The notes: generated from the sequence alone by a model not told the origin. Shown: positions 8,609 through 15,255, counted from the stretch's first letter. The stretch: 32,000 nucleotides of DNA from Gemmata obscuriglobus (GCF_008065095.1 NZ_CP042911.1:4830001-4862000); one strand, 5' to 3'. Numbers and translations: made by a program.

Positions 8609-8618
8609 ACCCCTGTTC
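8609..8618. repeat. Target-site duplication, right copy (ACCCCTGTTC)
   Basis: See 7349-7358. Confidence 0.9.
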
Positions 8619-8876
8619 GTGTGCGTGCCTGAGTTTCATTGACCAACTCTTCCATTTCGAGTAGTCCCCGTCACCGTTCCGAAACGCCGACTGCAACCAG
8701 TGATCCGGCACGTCCCGCTCTGCTGCAACGATCTGGCTCAGGGTCGAGTAAAAGCACGAAACGTCGTAGAGCCGGGGCAAATTCAACCACAACGCCACCC
8801 AGTCCCCGTACCCCAACTCGACACTACCGAGCCCGAACGTGTGAAACAGATCCGCCCAGAACGCACCCTCTAGGCT
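8609..8876 (-). CDS. -1 frame extension ORF (T-like part of a G/GT tail-chaperone pair); native stop displaced by the IS
   Basis: The frame is open across the slippery site. There is no ATG/GTG and no SD; the only candidate start is TTG at 8816. Before IS insertion it ended ...HAHEQG-TAG, with the TAG now at 7347-7349. It now reads through into the IS. Confidence 0.55.
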
Positions 8877-9169
8877 TTTTTTGAGAGATACTCCTCGAAG
8901 TGATGGACCGCCTCCAAGACTTCCGCGTCAAGCCGGCCGCCCTCCTCGTCGAACCTCCGGAACCCGAACACCCGCCGAGCCACTCCCGCGATCTGAAGGG
9001 CCACAGTCGCTCGGTCTTGAGGAGGAGTGTCGGCACCACACCAGAGGTCCAACCACTCGTCCCACATCCCGCCGCTCTGAGCAACAAGGCTGTAGGAGAG
9101 GGCAATCGGATCGTACTTATCCCCGGTGGGGGCGGTGTAAATCTGCTTTTCGTGCTCGGTAAACAGCAT
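8870..9169 (-). CDS. Tail assembly chaperone-like protein (G-like, 99 aa)
   Basis: ATG at 9169 preceded by GGAG, 2 nt after the upstream stop. Small acidic protein located directly after the two tube-like paralogs. Ends ...TCA AAA AAA GCC TAG. Confidence 0.55.
   Translation of the reverse strand: MLFTEHEKQIYTAPTGDKYDPIALSYSLVAQSGGMWDEWLDLWCGADTPPQDRATVALQIAGVARRVFGFRRFDEEGGRLDAEVLEAVHHFEEYLSKKA
8876..8882 (-). promoter_or_regulatory. Candidate programmed -1 ribosomal frameshift site A_AAA_AAA
   Basis: Seven A residues on the coding strand are phased X_XXY_YYZ in the zero frame (TC[A AAA AAA] GCC TAG). The -1 frame continues AGC CTA GAG... and stays open for 89 codons in the pre-IS sequence. 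Confidence 0.6.
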
Positions 9170-9171
9170 GG

Positions 9172-9720
9172 CTACTCCGGGGTGACGGAAGGGAAATCGG
9201 ACGGGACTTCGGTATACAGGACGAACTCTTTCACCTGCTTGTAGTAGAGAGGATTGCACTCCACCATGAGGGTGATTGACTTAAGACGGTCTTCAGAATA
9301 TTCGGACCAATCCAACAGAGTGCCCGATCTGTAGAGGCGACCGGTCCACATCCCGGGAGGCAGAGGAACCACAGGAAAGGTGTAGATCGTGTGCCGAAAA
9401 AACAACTCGAAGTCTGACACGTTGAGCACCAACCGACCGACTTTTGGTGTGTGAACGGTTGGGGAACTGGAGTTGCTGCGGATGGAGTTCCACGTCTCAA
9501 CATTCAGTCGGTTGATCGTGGCCGTTACAACGTGCTGCTCCCCCTGCCCCGTTTTCTGCCACGGGACTTCACCGCCCTTATCACAGTGAAGATCGCTGTA
9601 GAATCGGCGGACGTGAATTTCTGGGGCGGTGGTGCAAGTGCCGAGGAAGTCGAACGAGTTGCGTGAGCGTAGCCTGACGTACAGTTCGATCGCACCGACC
9701 GGGAGGAATTGGGCTGACAT
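9172..9720 (-). CDS. Structural protein paralog B (182 aa), possible tail-tube-like protein
   Basis: ATG at 9720 preceded by GAGG. Paralogous to 9730-10302 through shared blocks LGTC, INRLNxxTWN, GRLY, ECN and the C-terminus F-P-S-V-T-P-E. The tube assignment rests on size and position upstream of the G/GT-like pair only. Confidence 0.45.
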   Translation of the reverse strand: MSAQFLPVGAIELYVRLRSRNSFDFLGTCTTAPEIHVRRFYSDLHCDKGGEVPWQKTGQGEQHVVTATINRLNVETWNSIRSNSSSPTVHTPKVGRLVLNVSDFELFFRHTIYTFPVVPLPPGMWTGRLYRSGTLLDWSEYSEDRLKSITLMVECNPLYYKQVKEFVLYTEVPSDFPSVTPE

Positions 9721-9729
9721 GGGGCAACC

Positions 9730-10302
9730 TCACTCTGGCGTGAAGCTGCCGAACTTGCCACCATCCTCAGTGAAGAGGGGAAAAGCCCGAGTCGCCGGAT
9801 CAAACACCCCGTTGCACTCGAAGAGGATGGAGACCGAGTGGGTGCGGGTGCCAGCAGAGCTTTCCGAGGAGCGGCGTGGAATGGCTGAGTAGTAGAGTCT
9901 GCCACGCGGGATCGCAGGGTCACCCGAGAACGCAGTCCCACCGAAGGCAAACGTCATCAGTAGCTGGAAGTCCGTTTTGCCAATGGTGAGCGTGCCGTGA
10001 TCGGTCTGGAAATCGGTGTAGTCAATCGGCGAATTGGTGACCTGCGGAGAGCCTCGACGGAGGACGTTGTAGGTGTTCCAGTTGAAGCGGTTGAGGGTGA
10101 GGGTGACGATCTCCTGTCTGCGGTCACGCACGTAATCTGTTGCCAGCGAACGGCCGCCCAAATCATTATACACTGGTAAGAATGAATCCGTAGCCTCCCA
10201 CTCCGGGCTACGCTCGCAAGTACCCAGATAACGCCAAGCAGAATCGGCGGGCTTCTTAATGTAGGTGTCAACTGGTCCCAGACAGGGAAAAACGGCAGGC
10301 AT
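9730..10302 (-). CDS. Structural protein paralog A (190 aa), possible tail-tube-like protein
   Basis: In-frame ATG at 10302 preceded by GGAG (GTGGAGTTCTCC-ATG). Ends F-G-S-F-T-P-E. First gene after repeat copy D. Confidence 0.45.
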   Translation of the reverse strand: MPAVFPCLGPVDTYIKKPADSAWRYLGTCERSPEWEATDSFLPVYNDLGGRSLATDYVRDRRQEIVTLTLNRFNWNTYNVLRRGSPQVTNSPIDYTDFQTDHGTLTIGKTDFQLLMTFAFGGTAFSGDPAIPRGRLYYSAIPRRSSESSAGTRTHSVSILFECNGVFDPATRAFPLFTEDGGKFGSFTPE

Positions 10303-10460
10303 GGAGAACTCCACGGACAGAAGTGCGGAAGGGAAGTGAACGAGCACAGAGCCAGAGCCGAGAGGAAGACACTACGGCCGACCTCAGCACTAGCTCTGTG
10401 GATGGAGGAGAATGAGTTAACAGGATAGGTGATGGAGCAGAGGTGACGCGGAACGGGATC

Positions 10461-10497
10461 GAGGATAGAGATGCAAGTAGGTCTTGGGAGAAAGGTA
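10461..10497 (-). repeat. Island-specific ~36-nt repeat, copy D
   Basis: GAGGATAGAGATGCAAGTAGGTCTTGGGAGAAAGGTA. Its left 21 nt are identical to copy H and its core is identical to copy F. Confidence 0.9.
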
Positions 10498-10525
10498 AAG
10501 AATAGAGTCCACCCCGAAGCACACC

Positions 10526-11146
10526 CTACATCCACTCATCCATGCCGGTCGCGGGTGGGCTAGTCCGTCGGTGGGTAGCGATTTTGTGTGCCATGCCGAG
10601 ACTGGAGATCATGCCTTGAGCAGAGGGCCAGTGCAAAGCGTCACCGGCGAAACGCGGAATGAAGTGGTGCTGGGCCGGGGTCTCGTGCTCCCAACTCGCC
10701 AAGTAGCCCGGCAGGTCGGTCACGTCCACACCCCACGGCAGCACCGGAGGCTCCTGCTCACCAGTGTACTCGGCCATAGGGTCGTGTTTGATAGACCAAG
10801 GGCGGTTGGGGTCGTCGGATCGCTGCGAGGGGTACTCGTGCTGGAGCCAGTGGGCGAGCGACTGGTGAAAGTCGGCCATGTCGTGGTGATCCTGCTCTCG
10901 CAGGTAGTCGGCGTAGGCGTTCCTGGTGATGTGGTCGAAAGGTGACTTGTCCAGGGCTTTCAGAAAAGCTTTGTTCTCCGGTCCCAGCTTACGCGGCTGT
11001 TGCTCGGGAGGCGTTTTGGTTCGCTTTGGTTTGGTGTACTTGCCGGTAGTGGGGTCTACCATCGGCCCGATCCCAGTGAACGGCTTTTTGGCAAAATGGA
11101 GTGCCTTGTTGTACGATTTGGCGTAATTGCGATTTGAACGATCCAT
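10526..11146 (-). CDS. TIGR02996-like (Gemmata repeat-companion type) domain protein (206 aa)
   Basis: ATG at 11146 preceded by AGAGG. The motif FLKALDKSPFDHITRNAYADYLREQD resembles the LVYADWLxExGD signature seen in 18624-19277. The ORF also stays open upstream through the pentanucleotide repeat to ATG 11344. Confidence 0.55.
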   Translation of the reverse strand: MDRSNRNYAKSYNKALHFAKKPFTGIGPMVDPTTGKYTKPKRTKTPPEQQPRKLGPENKAFLKALDKSPFDHITRNAYADYLREQDHHDMADFHQSLAHWLQHEYPSQRSDDPNRPWSIKHDPMAEYTGEQEPPVLPWGVDVTDLPGYLASWEHETPAQHHFIPRFAGDALHWPSAQGMISSLGMAHKIATHRRTSPPATGMDEWM

Positions 11147-11155
11147 AAAAACCTC

Positions 11156-11225
11156 TGAAGTGAAGTGAAGTGAAGTGAAGTGAAGTGACGTGAAGTGACG
11201 TGAAGTGAAGTGAAGTGAAGTGACG
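11156..11225. repeat. Pentanucleotide tandem repeat (TGAAG/TGACG) x14
   Basis: Eleven TGAAG and three TGACG units are read directly. The repeat starts 9 nt upstream of ATG 11146 and reads as (CTTCA)n on the coding strand. Confidence 0.95.
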
Positions 11226-11301
11226 GAAGAAGTGTGGAAGCGTAGCCGACTCAGATCGATAGCCGAAGCTGCTGAAGAGGCGGGGCGGCTTCGGGGGAGC
11301 G

Positions 11302-11613
11302 TCACCGGGTCCGGCCCGCTGTCGTGGAAGGGCGAAACGCCCACTCTTCGGCCACTGACACGACCTTGGCCCGAACCATTCGGTACCGCTCGAAGTCGCC
11401 GTGCTGCTCAACGTCCCAAGTCTCTTCCAGAGACTGTAGACCCAACCGTGCAACTTCGGCCCTCTCAACCGCAGGGCCACGAACTTGGACCGGGACGACA
11501 TCGACCACGTGAGCGTTCACTAACTCACCGTCCTGGCCAACAAGCTGCATGTCGAACAGTACCGCATAGGCCCGCAGCATCTGAGCCGGGTTCGAAGGAG
11601 TGACGTTACACAT
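11302..11613 (-). CDS. Hypothetical protein (103 aa)
   Basis: ATG at 11613 with GGAG upstream. Protein-like composition. Second gene of the minus-strand operon. Confidence 0.5.
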   Translation of the reverse strand: MCNVTPSNPAQMLRAYAVLFDMQLVGQDGELVNAHVVDVVPVQVRGPAVERAEVARLGLQSLEETWDVEQHGDFERYRMVRAKVVSVAEEWAFRPSTTAGRTR

Positions 11614-11633
11614 TCAGGTTCTCCAGGAAGGCT

Positions 11634-12011
11634 TTAATTCTCAGACGGGGTGTACTTGCGGCGTGAAGTGTCGGGCACGTAGGAAGTGCGGCTAACCTTC
11701 GCAGGATCGGAGGCGACCACCCACTCTTTCGCAGATTCCACCAGCACCCAATCCACAGTTTGCCACTGCCGGAGAGGCCCCATAGATTCCGCACGCCAGC
11801 CAGAACGTAAAGACTCCATTGCCAACTCCACCACCTCTTCTTCGCCGATCTCTCTAGCGTCTGGCTCCAAAAATGACACGGGAACAGGCTGGACGACAGG
11901 AGCTTTGAGGCCCGCACGCCGCAGAGTAAGCAGGACAACGAAGGACTGGAGATACTCCACCGGATTCGGGGCCGAGAATCGGGATTGACGAACCAGAACA
12001 GCGGCACACAT
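11634..12011 (-). CDS. Hypothetical protein (125 aa; 152 aa if the GTG at 12092 is used)
   Basis: ATG at 12011 preceded by AAGGTG. The alternative GTG at 12092 has a weak SD. First gene leftward of the divergent control region. Confidence 0.5.
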   Translation of the reverse strand: MCAAVLVRQSRFSAPNPVEYLQSFVVLLTLRRAGLKAPVVQPVPVSFLEPDAREIGEEEVVELAMESLRSGWRAESMGPLRQWQTVDWVLVESAKEWVVASDPAKVSRTSYVPDTSRRKYTPSEN

Positions 12012-12103
12012 ACGAGACACCTTGACGAGTGCAGAGGAGGGAACCTTAACCTGCCATACATATAGAGGCAGAAGCAGACCGAATTGTTGCACTAAACCAC
12101 ACC

Positions 12104-12123
12104 ATTTTGAGAATTCTCAAAAT
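12104..12123. promoter_or_regulatory. Perfect 20-bp palindrome, operator-like
   Basis: ATTTTGAGAATTCTCAAAAT is its own reverse complement. It abuts repeat copy E in the divergent intergenic region. Confidence 0.6.
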
Positions 12124-12153
12124 CCTACCTTTCTCCCAAGACCTACTTGCATC
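12124..12153 (+). repeat. Island-specific ~36-nt repeat, copy E
   Basis: CCTACCTTTCTCCCAAGACCTACTTGCATC. 12129-12153 is a perfect 25-bp inverted repeat of 12211-12235. Confidence 0.9.
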
Positions 12154-12201
12154 AATACGAACACACTCGACCCCAGAATGACGATTCAGAGAGGCAACTT
12201 C

Positions 12202-12235
12202 GAGGATCGAGATGCAAGTAGGTCTTGGGAGAAAG
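12202..12235 (-). repeat. Island-specific ~36-nt repeat, copy F
   Basis: GAGGATCGAGATGCAAGTAGGTCTTGGGAGAAAG. Faces copy E across a 57-bp spacer. Confidence 0.9.
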
Positions 12236-12245
12236 CTGGCGTTTT

Positions 12246-12369
12246 GAGACGGCAGAGACGGCAGAGACGGTGATTTTTGGGGAACAGTTCCTCTTTTCTC
12301 TTCTTTCTTCAAAACATGGTCAAGGAAAGAGTTTTGGGAAAACGCCGTCTCTGCCGTCTCTGCCGTCTC
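12246..12369. repeat. Iteron-like inverted arms (GAGACGGCA x2.8) flanking a 74-bp AT/pyrimidine-rich spacer; possible origin or operator
   Basis: GAGACGGCAGAGACGGCAGAGACGG (12246-12270) and its exact reverse complement CCGTCTCTGCCGTCTCTGCCGTCTC (12345-12369). The spacer contains TTCCTCTTTTCTCTTCTTTCTTC. Confidence 0.7.
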
Positions 12370-12625
12370 GAATTCTCCATCAGACCACGCTCGCATTCGA
12401 CCAGCGGACGCCACAAATCAGCCTTTTCCGGGCACCGTCGCCGGCAATGTTGCAGCAAAATTGAAAATGCCCAAAAATCTTAAACCCTTCAGCAACATAG
12501 GTTTTGAACACCTTCAATCCAACTCTGTGTCGAATCCGTAGTCTTTCCTGGACTCACTGCCTATATATTATTGGGGAGCCCATACTGACTTCCCACGAGT
12601 AGCCAAACCGATGAGGAACTAGACC

Positions 12626-12853
12626 ATGGCCAAGACCAAGACCAAGACCGCGACCGACCTCGTGAACGTGCAACTGCCCTACCTGACTCACCGGGTGATT
12701 CGGGAGCGAGCAAAACAATTAATGGCCAACGTGAAGATCGTTACCACCGCAATGGCCCGAGGATTCGAGCAACTCAGTCTGGAGGAGCAGACGAAGCTAA
12801 TCGACGAAGCTCGAACCAAGCTCATTCAGGCTGAGTCCGCAAAGGGTTACTAA
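12626..12853 (+). CDS. Small putative DNA-binding protein (75 aa), possibly ribbon-helix-helix
   Basis: ATG preceded by GAGGAA. Lysine-rich N-terminus, then VNVQLPYLTHRVIRERAKQL (strand-helix pattern). First gene rightward of the control region. Fold assignment is tentative. Confidence 0.45.
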   Translation: MAKTKTKTATDLVNVQLPYLTHRVIRERAKQLMANVKIVTTAMARGFEQLSLEEQTKLIDEARTKLIQAESAKGY

Positions 12854-12959
12854 TCGCGTGTGTTCCACCTACCCCCTTCACTCTAACGGTGTGCTCAGAT
12901 CTCCGGTCCCGCACCAGACGCACCTTCACTTCTTCTCTCTCACTTCCCGAGGCATTTCA

Positions 12960-13382
12960 ATGAGTTACCTTGATTCGATTCCCACGTCCCGCCTCGTCCC
13001 AAAGGGCACACTGGTTCAGTGTCGGCTCCTCTCCTGCGTCCGCTCTCGACATTTTGCCAATGGGCAGAAAATCCAATACGAGTGTTCCTGGCAGGTTACA
13101 CAGGGGCCATATGCCGGTCACGTGCTAACGCGGAGCTGGTGGACAACCCCGGGCGGACTCCCGGTGCTGTACGCCGATTGCGAAAAGCTCGACATTGGGC
13201 ACGCAGAGGAACTTTGCTTCGGCCCGCCTGACCCGATCGTTGTTGAGGGTGTCGCCTCGATCAGTGAGTACAACGGCGTGTCGCGAAACGAGCTGTGCAG
13301 AATCGATCGCCGAGTGCTGCCGCAGACCTCACGCACCCGCCCCAGAGAAGTCTTCGACGATGAGATCAGCACCGCATTTTAG
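12960..13382 (+). CDS. Hypothetical protein (140 aa), possible OB-fold/SSB-like
   Basis: In-frame ATG at 12960 preceded by GAGG. The acidic C-terminal tip ...EVFDDEISTAF resembles the SSB DDDIPF-type tail. Lies just upstream of the helicase-like gene. The function is a guess. Confidence 0.4.
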   Translation: MSYLDSIPTSRLVPKGTLVQCRLLSCVRSRHFANGQKIQYECSWQVTQGPYAGHVLTRSWWTTPGGLPVLYADCEKLDIGHAEELCFGPPDPIVVEGVASISEYNGVSRNELCRIDRRVLPQTSRTRPREVFDDEISTAF

Positions 13383-13411
13383 CCCCACCCCACTCACAGA
13401 AGGACAGACAT

Positions 13412-15160
13412 ATGGCAAAGAAAAAGGTCACGAAAGCAGACATTCAGGGCCAGTACGAGGTCTTCCGGTCGCTAGGCATCCGGCTGGTCAGGTCGAAGTC
13501 CGGGGAGCTGTTCCTGGCCACCAGCCCGACCGGCAAGCCCGGGGGGAGTGTGGAACTACACCCCTACGATCTGGCTGAGTCGTGTGAGGAGATCAAATGG
13601 GTACTGAGAGACGCGGGCAAAGCCATTGACATGCGACTGGTGGCCGAAGCGGTCAAGGGACTCGTCCGCAGTACCAAGAAAAGTCCACCTGAAATGGTGT
13701 CGCGTCGTGTCGCCGAGCGGGACGGGAAAATCTTCGTGGACCTGTGCAACTCCGAGCGACAGGTAGTGGAAATTGCGGCTGACGGGTGGCGAGTCACCAC
13801 CGACTGTCCGGTTCTCTTTCACAGGCCGCTCCAAGCTCTACCCCTGCCGGTCCCGGTACAGGACGGCTCCATTCAGCGATTGCGGGAGCTGTTCAGCATT
13901 CTCGACGAACCGAGCTGGATTTTGGTGCTGGGCTGGCTGAGCACCACCCTGAAGGAGCACTGCGACCACCCGTTCTTGTCGATCCTGGGTCCGCCGGGCT
14001 CGGGAAAAAGTGCCCTTACTAAGTTTGCGTACTGCACGATCGATCCTCGCGAGGCGAAGGGGCTGCAGATGCAGCAGAACGCAGAGGATTTGCAACTCAG
14101 TGCTTTCAACCGCTGGGTACTCCCGCTCGATGAGGTCGATAGCCTCCCGCCGGAAAAATCCCGGATCGTGGCGACCATCTGCACGGGCGGGGCTCTTGAA
14201 AAGCGAAAGAAGTACGAGAATACCGAAGTCGTATGTGCTGTAATCAATCGCCCGGCAATCATCAACGGGCTAGAGGCAGGGGAGTGGCTACACGAGGAGC
14301 GAATCCGGGACCGTGCGATTCCCGTGGCTCTCGGTCGGGTGCGGCCCGAAGCCAGTGTTGAGGACGGAGATCTTATCAGGGCGTTCGAGCGACATCACCC
14401 GGAGATACTCGGCGGCCTTTTCACCATCGTTTCACAGGCACTCAGAGGCATTCGGGATGGAGAGGTGACAGCTCGTCACTCCCTGCGAATCAAAGAGGCC
14501 ATGACGTGGGCGGATCGCTGCGTGCACGCTGCGGGGTACTCGAACGGGGAGTTCACCCGACTGGTGACGGAAGCACACGCCAGGATCGTTGAGAGGGTGG
14601 CCGAAGAGTGGTCCCTACTCGACCCACTACTGAAAGTGGCTGGATCGGGGTTCCAGGGCAGTCCGACGGAGCTTCTGGACAAGCTCAACAGCATGGTCGA
14701 GCGGAAGGGGCGGGATTGGCCGAAGAGTTCAAGCCAACTGACCCGAACGATCAACCAGCACGTTGAGTACTTAGAAAAGCGGGGCGTCCGGGCTGAGCAC
14801 ACCAAGGGCCAGCAACGATTCTGGGTCATTCGGTCGGTCCCGAGTTTCGCTCAACAGAGTGCCAACTCAGTGAATGCTGCCAAACCGCTGGCACCACTAT
14901 CCGAAGGCGAGCAGTCAGACCTAAAGTCGAAGCTCCTTCGGTGGGCCGATTTTGCAGACAAAATCGATATCTGCTTCACTCACCGGGACTCCAGCAACAC
15001 GCTATATGGTCGATTTGCAGAGGCGGCATCGATAGCCCTGAAGAGGTCTTTAGAGCCAGACCGCACGCTGCGAATACCTGATGACGAGTTTCTATCGCTC
15101 GATACAGCAAGCGAGTTACTACTTGTCGAAGTTAATCCAAAAGCTGAGGGCAAAAATTGA
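13412..15160 (+). CDS. P-loop NTPase, SF3-helicase-like replication protein (582 aa)
   Basis: Walker A ILGPPGSGKS, Walker B VLPLDEVD, then a beta-strand ending in N (VINRPAIIN, motif C-like). The large N-terminal domain and this position are typical of phage/plasmid primase-helicase or initiator genes. Confidence 0.55.
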   Translation: MAKKKVTKADIQGQYEVFRSLGIRLVRSKSGELFLATSPTGKPGGSVELHPYDLAESCEEIKWVLRDAGKAIDMRLVAEAVKGLVRSTKKSPPEMVSRRVAERDGKIFVDLCNSERQVVEIAADGWRVTTDCPVLFHRPLQALPLPVPVQDGSIQRLRELFSILDEPSWILVLGWLSTTLKEHCDHPFLSILGPPGSGKSALTKFAYCTIDPREAKGLQMQQNAEDLQLSAFNRWVLPLDEVDSLPPEKSRIVATICTGGALEKRKKYENTEVVCAVINRPAIINGLEAGEWLHEERIRDRAIPVALGRVRPEASVEDGDLIRAFERHHPEILGGLFTIVSQALRGIRDGEVTARHSLRIKEAMTWADRCVHAAGYSNGEFTRLVTEAHARIVERVAEEWSLLDPLLKVAGSGFQGSPTELLDKLNSMVERKGRDWPKSSSQLTRTINQHVEYLEKRGVRAEHTKGQQRFWVIRSVPSFAQQSANSVNAAKPLAPLSEGEQSDLKSKLLRWADFADKIDICFTHRDSSNTLYGRFAEAASIALKRSLEPDRTLRIPDDEFLSLDTASELLLVEVNPKAEGKN

Positions 15161-15255
15161 AGTGCGGGAACAAAGAAACCACGTGCGGCTGGTGCGAGAA
15201 GCTGGAGCAGCTCGATCTCATTTCGGGCTCAAACCTACAACTGCCTACCGTGTGA
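15157..15255 (+). CDS. Short Cys-rich ORF (32 aa, TTG start overlapping the upstream TGA); possibly the true N-terminus of the next gene via a frame change
   Basis: TTG AAG TGC GGG AAC ... encodes KCGNKETTCGWCEKLEQLDLISGSNLQLPTV-stop. The TTGA overlap with the helicase stop suggests translational coupling. Below the ORF-track size cut-off. Confidence 0.3.
   Translation: MKCGNKETTCGWCEKLEQLDLISGSNLQLPTV

Noticed and set aside
7755-8816. 353-aa minus-strand ORF spanning the IS
   Set aside because: Only the first 69 codons (8816-8609) are native sequence. The rest is read-through into the IS in a non-transposase frame, created when the IS displaced the TAG stop.
10526-11344. Full 272-aa ORF as the primary product of the TIGR02996-like gene
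   Set aside because: The N-terminal 66 residues are low-complexity, are translated from the pentanucleotide repeat, and overlap the upstream gene. ATG 11146 has a proper SD. I kept it as a possible phase-variable isoform in the findings.
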